The notes under the pieces are model-generated. The model had not been told where the DNA came from. It ran no database searches and saw only the letters and a list, made by a program, of their open reading frames with translations. The position numbers and the translations under genes were made by a program. Positions 48,901 to 60,900 of a stretch of 64,000 nucleotides of DNA are shown one piece after another (position 1 is the first letter of the stretch; the number at the start of each line of letters is the position of its first letter). Location of the stretch: the NCBI GenBank assembly GCA_050575255.1, contig JBNZDD010013635.1, positions 2,601,734 through 2,665,733 of the forward strand, given 5' to 3'. This stretch comes from Harriotta raleighana. Lineage: Eukaryota.

Positions 48901-51900
48901 TTCCTTGCCAAAGCATTCGACCGCGATGTTGCCACCCTCCTCTCCTCCCACTCCCTTTTCGAACCCCTCCAGTCCAGTTTCCTCCATGCCCACAGTACTG
49001 CGCTTGTGAAAGTCACAAATGATGTCCTCTCTATCTGTGACCAGGGCTCCCTCTGCCTCCTTATCCTCCTGGGCCTGTCCACTGGGTTTGACAATCAACC
49101 CCGACATCTTCCTCCACTGCCTGTTCTCCCTCATCCACCTCAGTGGGACCGTACTTGCCTGGTTCAAGTCCTACCTCGCAAACTGCCAGCAGTATATCTC
49201 AATAAACGGCTTTTCCTCCCGTTCTCCCCTACTTGACTGTACAGCGCCTTGGGACGTCCTCTCGACGTGAAAGGCGCTATATAAATAAAATTTTGATTGA
49301 TTGATTAATCTATATGCTCCCTCTTGGGAACATCATTCCGCAGACATGGGGTACACTTCCACATATATGTGGATGACACCCAACTCCATTCACCTCATTT
49401 TGCGAGCCCCACACCATTCCCCTGATGTTCTATCAGCCTGCCTGTCAGACATCAGGAGCTGGATGAGCGGAAACTTCCTGCAGCTAAATGTTGACAAGAC
49501 GGAAGCCATACTCTTTGGCTCTTGTCAACCTCTCACCTTCTCCACCTTCCCAGCCTGCCCTTAAAACTCTCCAGTACGCAATCTAGGCTTCAGGTTCAAT
49601 CCCCAACTGTCCTTCCTTCCCCACATCCGGTCCCTCAACAGCACCGTTTTTTTCCACCACCGACAGATCGCCCGTCTCCGGCAATATCTTGCCCCAAAAG
49701 CCACTGAAACTCTTGTTCATGGCTTTGTCACCTCTTGGCTGGACTATTCCAACGCCCTCCTCGCAGGTCTCCCCTCCATAAAATCCAACTAATTCAAAAC
49801 TCTGCCGCCCATATTCTCACCCGCACCAATCTTCGCTCTACCATTACCCTAGTCCTTGCCAGACTTCACTGGCTCCCTGTCCCGGAGAGGATTTCGGAGA
49901 ACCTCACCCTTGTTTTCAAATCCTTCCACTCCTTTGCACCCCCTACCTCTCTGACCACCTCTCCCCTCAAACCAGAACCTGTTGCCTTCGCTCCACTGGA
50001 TCGGGCCTCTTCCTTGTTCTCCGAATCCTCTCTGTCAGCCACTACACCCTGAGGCTCTGGAACTCCCTTCCTTACTCCCTTCGCCTCTTCCCCTCTTTTC
50101 CCAGTTTCAGATCTCAGCTAAAGACCTTTCTCTTCGATTGCGCCTTTGGTCACCTTTTTCCCCCTGGCTTGGGCCCGGGATCCATTATTGTGAAGCTCTT
50201 TGAGACACCGTTTGGAGTGGAGGGCGCTATATAAATTGAAGTTGTTGTTGAAATTGAGAACCGTAGAGATTGAGAATAACTAGATTGCTAAATGTCTTGA
50301 GTTCTTTGGAGGACATCATTTTCAAGTGCCATTAATTGATCTGAACTGTCTTTTTTTTCATCTAGTTGTTACAGCAACAGCAGCAAATATTACAACAGCA
50401 ACAACAGCAGCAAGCCCCGTTCACAAACCCAGAGACTCCAGGGTATGTGGGATTTGCTAACCTTCCAAATCAGGTGCATCGTAAATCTGTGAAGAAAGGG
50501 TTTGAATTCACACTCATGGTAGTTGGTAAGTGTACAGTTTTTTAAAATCTTTGTTTTTCTCTCTCCTTCCTGAAGATGTTTCCACATACTGCAGTACAGT
50601 TTCATGACTCAACAAACCGGCTGTCAAAGTGCAGGCTGAAAAAATTAGTCAGTTAGCAGGGGGAGGGGCAACATCACAACCTGGTTTATTTGTCTTAACC
50701 TGACACTCGCACACAGATTCCACTGAGATTCCTTGATGGTGTTCATGAGCTGGAGCCACAATTAACTTTTCACTTCTTTAATTGCGGTGTTCCTACTCAC
50801 CTAATTTAGCACAGATCAGAGATCAAACTTGAGACTTTTGTGTCTGCCTCTGTTTACCTCTTGGCCGATACATTTCAAATGAGTTGTCAGGAAACAGCTA
50901 TAAATTACTATTAAGTAGTTTCAGGACTTCTGTTAATCTTTGGGCGAACTCAACATAATCACATTGACGCCTCTATTATAATAATCCTTCAATCAATATA
51001 GTGCCTTATTACTTCTTTGTGATTTGCATATGAAAGTTACTGTTAAGGGTATAATCTCATGATTTTTTTTTACATGAGGTGTCTTGTTTCAACACTAGCT
51101 TTTCTCCTCTACAGGAGAGTCTGGCCTGGGAAAATCAACCCTAATTAACAGCCTTTTCCTGACTGATCTTTACCCCGAGAGGATCATTCCGGGTGCTGCA
51201 GGTAAGGAGCCTTCTGATTTGTCAGTTGAATTTTATCATAGATTGATGCTGACCAAACATGGTAATGTGCTTGGTGTATGCACTCCCTTTCAGGACACTA
51301 CAAATTGGTGATCAAAAAAAGCCTCTTCAGAAATTCCATTGAATTAGATCTTCAAAGGGATGATGTTACAATCTAGTGTTAAAAGTAGGTTTTTGGCAAT
51401 GTCTTATCAAGCCTTGGAAGCTGCACCATAGAACAATACCTCTTCAGATAAATTGGTGTCAAGCTGTGATTTGAGTAAAAAGTACCAATTTATTGAGATA
51501 CTGACCAGAGCTCAGATATTTTCCTATAATCCGAAGGGGAAAACATGTTATCCATGGTACTTTTTCACACCATTTCATGACTGGTTACAGAGTGGAATTG
51601 ACAGAGTATCAGCAAGGCGACCTATTCAATTAAATCATGTAGCAATTTTTTTCAAAAAGCCCTCGCTATTACTTGGGGACTTGACCATGAATTATGTACC
51701 TGATGAAAGATGAGCTTCTCTGAGTCACCTTGGTTCACATCATGTTTCCATTTCAGAGAAGATTGAACGTACTGTCCAGATTGAGGCTTCCACTGTGGAG
51801 ATAGAGGAACGTGGAGTGAAGCTTCGCCTGACAGTGGTTGACACCCCAGGATATGGTGATGCCATAAACAGTCAAGACTGGTGTGTACTATTATTGTGAA

Positions 51901-54900
51901 CTGCACTCAGGCCGCCTGTAGCATTCAGTTGACTAGGGTGTTGCAATCCCAGTGTCCATAAGTAATTTAGATTTTTAATCAGAGCATTGAAAGGTATTAG
52001 GTATTGAAACATTTGTAAAAAGACATATTCTGCTTGGAGCAGTGAAGGTATATAATAAAGTGGATTATTTCTACTACATAATGGGACTGTATGTGAATTG
52101 AGATTAGATGGAATAACTACATTCCCAATGCAGCTGTTGTTGAAGGTAGATCACTACTATTATATCTAAACAGAAGTCTACAAAAACTGGAGAAATTGAA
52201 TAAATTAGCAGTGTTAATTTTTTAAAATTACCTTTCAGTATTGTATCTCTTCCTGGAATGACAACATTTGAGGTGGTGGGGTGTATGGGGGTCATTGCAT
52301 CTACTTTAACATAGTGACATATCATGTACATGATAATGCAGCTTCTACATCTTGTTTGATTCATTCAAATTAAGGGACCTGGTAAAATGGCTTTGAGTTA
52401 TTGAAATGTTAAATTCTGTCACTGGATGTGCTTGACATATCAAAGCACTGATATGGGGTGTTTTGCTTACCTGTAGAAGTGCTTTAATATTCCCCAGCTA
52501 TCATTCGAGGCATTGCTCAATCTGTCCCTGACCAGATGATTTGTAGGTCTTGCAATGTTCTTCATTGTTCAATTCTGCTTCTTTCCAGTTTTAAAACCAT
52601 AATTTCATACATTGACGAGCAGTTTGAGCGCTACCTGCATGATGAGAGTGGACTGAACAGACGCCACATTGTTGATAATCGAGTCCACTGCTGCTTTTAT
52701 TTCATCTCTCCTTTTGGCCATGGGTAAGCATATTGCCTGATGGAATTGTTGTTGCATTAGGTGAATGTTGGCATTCACCTACAAAACAGGTTCCTGTGAT
52801 TCAAAAGGTGCTATATATCAAATATCCTCATTTGATATGTGTCAAAAGGGTCCTCATAATGTGAAAAATGTATACCAATGTTTTTTGATCAGCTGGGTGT
52901 CTGACTCCAGGAGAAGCTGACCGCCATGTTTGAAAGTATGTGTGTATATATAACATATACATATATAAAGCCACCTACACATGGAAGTATCCTTGTTTTC
53001 GAATAATAAGAGTACGGTCTTCCTGAAGGGATAACCCCATCTTACCTAATTTCAGTGAGTATTTGGCAAAGCTTGGCAAGAGTCGAGGCTTAGGGATTCC
53101 AGAGCAATTATTAGGGTTCTGCTGGAGTTTAACCAACTCAAACTGCATAGTGTGTTACTGAGAGCACTGCCTGACAAGCTTCCCACTAAGTGTCCTGATA
53201 GGGTTTTGGCATGCAGGGTTAACAAGAGCTCTCTGATCTATGCCTCCAAGTTCTTGTGTTGAGCTAGATTCAGTGATTTGTCTCATCAGGAATACTGTAA
53301 ATAGCCTGGTTTAGGAACCAGACTAATGAGACCGCCATAGAGAGGATTGACTCAATTCCGACATTCACAATCCAGGCATGGACACTTTGAAGTACCCAAG
53401 AAAATGTATTGTAGGAAGAGTCAATGCAATGCCTTCAGAGAGAAGAAAATGTTGGTTAACAAGTTCTTACCACCTCTCCCAACAACTCTCTGTTTTATCT
53501 TCTGTTTATATAGGCTGAAGCCCTTGGATGTGGAGTTCATGAAAGCTATACACAACAAAGTGAACGTTGTTCCTGTGATTGCTAAGGCAGACACTCTCAC
53601 ACTGAAAGAAAGGGAGCGGCTCAAGAGAAGGGTATGGAGATTAGTGAATATTCAGTTCTTGTCTGAATCGGTAATAAATTAATGATAAATGTGTAATTGC
53701 TGGAGGGTAATAAGCTTAGTGGCATGCAGTGGGTACTCATTTGTAGCACTGGTGGGAGAATTGTAGCAATTCCAGATCCAGGAATGACTTTTGCTATTAT
53801 GAGGTTAAGGCAGCAAAAAGAAACATTGGTGGGATGTGATCTTGAAAGAGGCCTTGAATGGGTTCAACGCTTGCTCTCCTTTATTAATAATAATCCTTGA
53901 ATTTAATATACAGTAAAACCTCATTTATCCGGCACCCACGGGACATGGCCAATGGCGGTTAAACGTTTTTCTGGTTAAACGGATCAAAACATTTTTTGAA
54001 AAAAAATACTTTTTGAGAACAAATTAAAAATTATTTTACCACAGTAATATCAGATTACCAGCTCCCATCCTATGCAAACACAGGAAGCTGCCGTCTGCAC
54101 GCCGCTAACCCNTTAATTTTTGAGAAAAAATTAAAAATTATTTTACCACAGTAATATCAGATTACCAACTCCCATCCTATGCAAACACAGGAAGCTGCCG
54201 TCTGCACGCCGCTAACCCTCAGCGAGGGGAAGGTACGGTCGATTACTTCTGCCGCCCTCCCACCTCCTGCGAGGTATTTTAAATTGATTGAATAGGCTGG
54301 ACTTGCAGAGAGAGAGTGAGAGTATACACACACACACATGTAAATGTTGAACAATACTCTATAAATAATAGACTAAATACACTAATAATAGATACTATAC
54401 TAACAGAATCGGGAAAACAGCATTTTTTTAAAAAAGGTAGCATCGCGAGATTTAAAAAAAACTGTAGTAGCGCAACGTTAGGCTCAGCTAGTGGCCACCG
54501 ATATAACTGCACCAGTACTCGCGTGCAGGAATCCATTCATTAAATGCGTCTTTACTATTCTGATGGATAACTTCCGGTTCATCGAATCGGGACTTTTTTT
54601 GAGATGGAGGTTGAATGGGTTTTCCGATTATTTGAGTCACGGATAAACGGGGTTTTACTGTAGCGCTTTTCACGTCTTTCCTCCAGCCCCCACACCATCT
54701 TGTAGAATATTCTTCATACTCTACATCAGTGGTTCCCAACTTTTTTTGCTGCGACCCAAATTAACCACCAGCAGGTCCTCGTGACACAAGCGCATTTTGC
54801 TGCAACCCAAATTAGCCTACCAACAGGTCCTCCCACCACTAGGGGGTGATATCGTGACTGAAGTGAAGCGCAGCCAAATCGTTATCGCCATCTCTTTTGT

Positions 54901-57900
54901 AGATTCAGCGCAACTCTTAAGTACGCTCCTTCACACACATTGGTCGGTGGTGTCGCCTCGAGTGCTTTTTTCAAAGTTTAAAAAAAAGCGACAAAATTTT
55001 TTTTTATGACCCTTTGCGATCCTACTGAGGACCCCCACAACCCTGATTTGGGTCGGGACCCGAGGTTGGGAACCACTGCTCTATATGCTTCCCCTTGGTG
55101 ACATCATCCGCAGACATGGAATAAATTTACACATGTATGTGGGTGACACCCAACTCTACCTTTCTGCTTCCACCCTCAAATCCAAGACAACCAGCGTCCT
55201 GACTGCCTGCCTGTCTGACATGGAGTCCTGGACGAGAGGCAACTTTCTCCAGCTAATTGTCCACAAAACTGAGGCCTTCCTGATTGGCTCGCGATAGTGC
55301 CTCCGCACCTCAGGCGCTGACACCATCACCATCCACCTCTCGAAGCCAGTCAGGAATCTGGGCATCTTTTTCGACCCTCAACTGTCGTACCTCCCCCTCC
55401 CCTTCCTCGTCGGCCTTCCTGGTTCTTCCCTTCACAAGCTGTAGATCATCCAGAATTCTGTAGCTCGTGTCCTACCCCGGACTCAAGCTCCGAGACCACA
55501 TCACTCCCACCCTCACCCTACTCCATTGACTCCCCATACCCCAGATGATCGAATTCAAGATCCTCATCTTGAAGGCCATTCACGGCCTTGCCCCCCCCCC
55601 AACCCCCCATGAATCTGCCTGCTCCCTCCGTTCAGCAGGCTCTGGCCTGCTCCACGTCCCCTGCCCTACCATCGGTGGATGGGCTTTCAGCCTCTCTGCT
55701 CCCACAAAGTGGAACTCCATCCCACAATCCCTTCGCCTCACTCTCTCACTTGTCTCCTTCAAGGCTGGTCTCAAGATCCTCCTCTTCAACTGTACCTTCT
55801 GCTGCCCTCACAACTCTCTCCCTCCCCTCCCAACTCGCTCCCGCCCCTACCTTGCCCCTCTCCCTTGCTCGGGTCCCGACCTGACTATTCAGCGCCTTGG
55901 GATGTTCTCCTGACATGAAAGGTGCTCCATAAATGTAATTTTGTTGTTGTCTTCTGGACAAAGCGCTTCACAGAATGTACTATAAAGTGAATTGGCTGTA
56001 TATTTGTGGGTGAATCGCGGCAGCCAATTGGGCACAACAGTGTCCCACTAACAGTCGTAGATTGAAATGAAGGATTATTATCATTATTAGGCGTGTGGAG
56101 TAAGATTTCGCCCTGTTTTCGCCCAGTTGAATGTCAACAAGGCAGAGGTTGGTTGGTTCTCGCCAGCACCTTCACGCATCAGGCGTTGGCAGTATCCACC
56201 TCCAAGGTTGCTCACTCGACCTCACCAAGCCAGTCAGGAACCCCGGTGTCTTGGTTAGATGTCCTAGGTGTCCCTCAACTGTCTTTCCTCCCCCATTTCC
56301 AAGTGATGAGTCACTCTGCCTTTCCTCATCTTCACAATATTGCCCTACTCTGCCCCTATCTCACCCCCAAAGCAGCTGAAACCCCCATTCATGCCTTCAT
56401 TACATTCCGGCTCGACTATGCAAATGCCCTGCTTGTTGGCCTTCCCAATTCCTCCCTCCACAGGTTGCAATTGATGCAGAAATGTGTGGCCGGTGTCCTC
56501 TACCGTTCCAAACTCCATGATCCCCATCTCTCCCATCCTCACCCGACTCCATTGGCTTCCCATTACCCAGAGGATCCAATTTAAGATCCTGGTCCTCGCA
56601 TTTAAAGCCCTCCACAACCTCACCCCACCCTGCATCTGTGACCTTCTAAACTTTTACCAACCGGCCCACCCCCTCCGCTCAGCAGGCTCTGGCCTTCTGT
56701 ATGTCCCACGACCTATCTGCCCCATCATTAGTGGGAGAGCCCTTTAGCTACTCAGCCCCCGCCTCTGGAAATCCATCCTGCAGTCCATCCGCCTCGCTTG
56801 CCCCCTCCCTGGCCTCCTTCAAGTCCTACCTCAAGACTCCTCTTCAATGGTCCTATCGGCAATTCCTAATCCCCTCCCGATCGTGTCCCCCCCCCGATCG
56901 TGTCCCCCCCACTCCCCCAGATTGGGTCTGACACAGTGACTGTCCAGAACCTTGGGACGTCCTCCTGACGTGAAAGGTGCTACACATGCGTAATTTTGTT
57001 GTTGTTATTACCTGGAATCGAACCCCTTTTCACCTCTTTTCTGCCTCCCCCCTCCACTCCTTCCTCCGACTCCCCTCCCCCAACTCCTCCAACCACCACC
57101 CCGCCCTCCCAACTCTATTGGTTTCTTAGAACTCTTTAGAGTTCTAGAGATAGGACCTGATTAAAGCTTTTTAACACCATGTAACAGCTATTTTGTGAAG
57201 TCAGAGCCTGGTTCAAGTGGTCTGAGCCAGCAGCATTTTACATACTGAACATTCCCCTCTTTCCAGTTTTTCCATTTAAACATTTCTCCAGTACGGCTCC
57301 TAATTCCACTGCCAATGCATCACATTTTTGTATTTGCTCCCCCACCATACACTTCTGGGTTTAATTATAACAGCAGTAAAGGCAACCATTTTGAATTTGT
57401 AACTTCCAAGATGTTTCCTTTAGAATTCTGTGCAGTTCACCCAGTGAAGACTGCAGTTTGTGTTTTGAGTTTGTAATTTACAGCTCGAGCAAATTCTAGG
57501 TCTTTTTGCTTTTTCTACGTGAGTTCTGGCTGCTATATATTGTGGACTGCGTGCCCTTAATTGGTATTTGCAGTTGATTTTAATGTGCCAGTTTTCTTCA
57601 ATAAGGAATATAGAAATTTTTGAATTGTGAAGGACCACTGCAGTCTATCTTCCTTGAATCTGCGTAATGAGGAATTAATACAGTTAACTGTTTTGTACTT
57701 CAACGAGTGTGAACTCCATTGCCAGCAGTGGCAAGAGTTCAGGTGTTGCAGTGGAAGGAGCCACATTTCCTCTTTTTCTCTCCCCCACCACCTCCCAGTT
57801 TTTTTTTGAAAGCGACATTTTGAAAGAATAGAGCACTAAATCAAGCGATGACATTATTCCACAATGCTCTGTTTTTTTTATTATAGCCTTGTAATGAAGA

Positions 57901-60900
57901 TGAATATGTATTCTTTCAATCTGCAAGGTTCTTTCTGAGATTAAAATGATATATTCTGAAGTGCTTTGAAACAACTCGAAGACATGATAAGGTGCTATAT
58001 CAAATGCAAGGATTATTATTTCTGTGAAGTGCTTTGAGATGTCTAGAAGATGTGAAAAGCGCTACATCAAATGCAAGAATTATTATTATTATTTTCAAAA
58101 AAGATATGGTGTTGGGAGGGAGAAACTACTATAGTTTGAATCTCAGTAATGTAGCATATTGCTGAGATTTTGCGCCTGTTGAGGCAGCAACAAAGCATAA
58201 ATCAAACTTGTGCAATGATGTAATGTAGATGATCTAATTACTATTTTTTAAAAATCAGTTGCGTCAGTGATTGAGTCAAATGTATTATACCCTGCTAGGC
58301 CAATTTCATCAGGCTACAGTAAAATAGCTCTGATTAACTAGGTATTTATTGTACGGTGTATAAGCAAGAAAGATCTGTCCAGTTTGGAGCATGAGACCAC
58401 ACTGCGGTGTGTAAGACCACAGTCTTGCTACTTGCTCTTGTGTAAGGCAATCCCATATTCTGTGATGGTTATCCATTTGTCAATAGATCCATGGTTTCTT
58501 TTTCAGATTTTGGATGAAATTGAAGAGCATGGAATTAGAATATACCACCTTCCAGATGCAGAGTCTGATGAGGATGAAGATTTCAAGGAGCAAACTCGAG
58601 TACTTAAGGTAGAGGCCAAATGTTAACTCCTTGTATTTCTGGCGAAGCATTGCTTGACTCTTTCTTATCCTTTCACCAAAAATTGGTGTTTAAACTGGTT
58701 GAAATTTTCAAACATATGTATTTGACATACTGACTATTGTGTTGCACTAAAATGATGCTCTTCTTGTGAATACAGACCAGTATCCCTTTCGCAGTGGTTG
58801 GGTCAAATCAACTAATTGAAGCAAAGGGTAAAAAAGTCAGAGGCCGTCTATATCCGTGGGGAGTAGTTGAAGTGGAGAATCCAGAGCACAATGATTTCCT
58901 GAAGCTAAGAACTATGCTCATGTAAGTGCTAAGTGTAAATGATAGAACTGTTTTGATTAAAAAGTTTATAGTGTGTTAAAATAAAAAAAACCTTGCTAGT
59001 TCAACAGTAAGAAGCAATGAACAATAAATATTGTCTAATTGGGTTTGAATTTTCCTGTTTGTTTCAAAAGATTGATTGATGTGATGCTCAGACTGCAACT
59101 GAAGATTCACCCATGTTCTGCTTTGTTTTCTGAATGTCTAGTACCCACATGCAGGATCTACAGGAGGTGACCCAGGATCTCCACTATGAAAACTTCCGCT
59201 CGGAACGTCTCAAACGGGGTGGCAGGTTGTCTTCCCATGGTTACGTTCTCCCTCTCTCTCCTTTGTACGTACCTGTCATTCTTGCCTTCTCGCCCTCTGC
59301 AAACCATTTTAACAGAAGCTTCTAATGTACCACTTCCTGTACCTGCTGTGTGAGGGAGAGGAACATAATAAGCACTTGCAGATGAGCTTAGATGTTAAAT
59401 ATGTCGGATCTTTAAACCATCTTTAGAGGGTCCAGTTGCTATAGTTAAAGTTTGACAAAGCTAGTTTCTGGTTCCTGACATTATTTCAGTGCGCAGTCTA
59501 GTTTAAAACAGAGTGAGTCACTTAAAACTTGAAGCAAATACATTCTGGCCAAAAAGGTTTCTACTGCTGACGATGCTGGTCTACCTTGGAACCAGCAGAT
59601 CTGAATGGTCTTTTCAAGTAATCTAGGCCAGTATTCAAAACACAGGCCCAAGAAACAGCATAGCAGCAAGCTATCCAGCTCATGCATATAACCTTTTGTG
59701 GTGCTTGCTCCTTCAATAGGCTCTCTGATCCTAAGTACTGTACCTGCCCTTTCCTCTAAAATAACCCATCAGGTCAGTTATGTGTCACTACAGATATTTT
59801 AATTTTGTCATTTTTAAAAAGCAAAATGCTGAAAACTGCATTCTAAATATAAGACTTTAGTATGTGCTTTTGGTGCAAATATCCATTTTCCATAATATCT
59901 TTGGCCATTCCTTCTCTCCTCTCTTGGCAGGAATACAGAGTAGCTTTGCCTAAATGTATACTGAAAGTATCATGACTGAGCATCCCAGGTCTCCCTGTAC
60001 AGCCTACTCCAAAAATAACTAAATTGGTTTTAAGAATGTTTGAGGTAGTTCCAGTACTTGGACTCAAATCTATTTTGCTGTGGTTAATATGAGAATCTTC
60101 AATAGAAAATTTCATGTTAGATATTATTTAGTGCCTAGAATTACAGTACATTTCCCTTAAAGCATCAACTACTTTCTGAGGATGAGAAAGAATATCCAGT
60201 TGAGTATGTTTAGACTGGTCCTTAAAGTACATACAGGGTTACAGTTATGGTCGAGTAATGGTACATTATAGCTGTCTGAGAATCCTGATCATAGCCTTGT
60301 GGAACATTGTACAAGTTTTGGGAGCAGGTGGGCAGTGTCCCAGAAAAAACTGGGCATTGTTTGTCTCCAAAATGATTTGTACAGTGTTTATGTTGGCCAT
60401 GCTTGGGAGTCGCTGAACCAAAATGATGTGAGGAGCGACAACAAATTGGTGAAATTTGAGGGGGAAGGGCCTGTCCTTTGATCTGCTTTCTGCTATCTTT
60501 TACTATGAATTCCTTCTTTTAAATATGTTTCAAAGTTATGCCAACAGAGGGAGCTAATGGAAATTGTGATACGGAATGAACATCACCTTTTGAATACAGG
60601 CACATAAGTGTAGTCAGCATTTTACTTCTGTCAATGAAGTCAAACCATTTAAGCCAAAGTTGAAATTTAACAAAACTCTGAATTTTTAATTTTCTTGTAT
60701 AACTCAATGCCTTCCTTCCCTCATCTGTAGGGTGTTAGTTTCTGAAAAGAAGCTGCACGGATTAAACTGTTGTTGCTTGTGGCATTTAGTTGGAGTAATT
60801 TAAGAATCATTAAACCTTCATGCCAACTTGTGAAAAACAATGTCCCACGAACAGCTATCCAGTGATTGACCAATTTCATTTGTGTAGGGCATCTGGAGAA

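Noticed and set aside
48570-50250. Possible intact or domesticated reverse transcriptase
   Set aside because: Multiple frameshifts and stops plus an internal insertion; dead L2 copy
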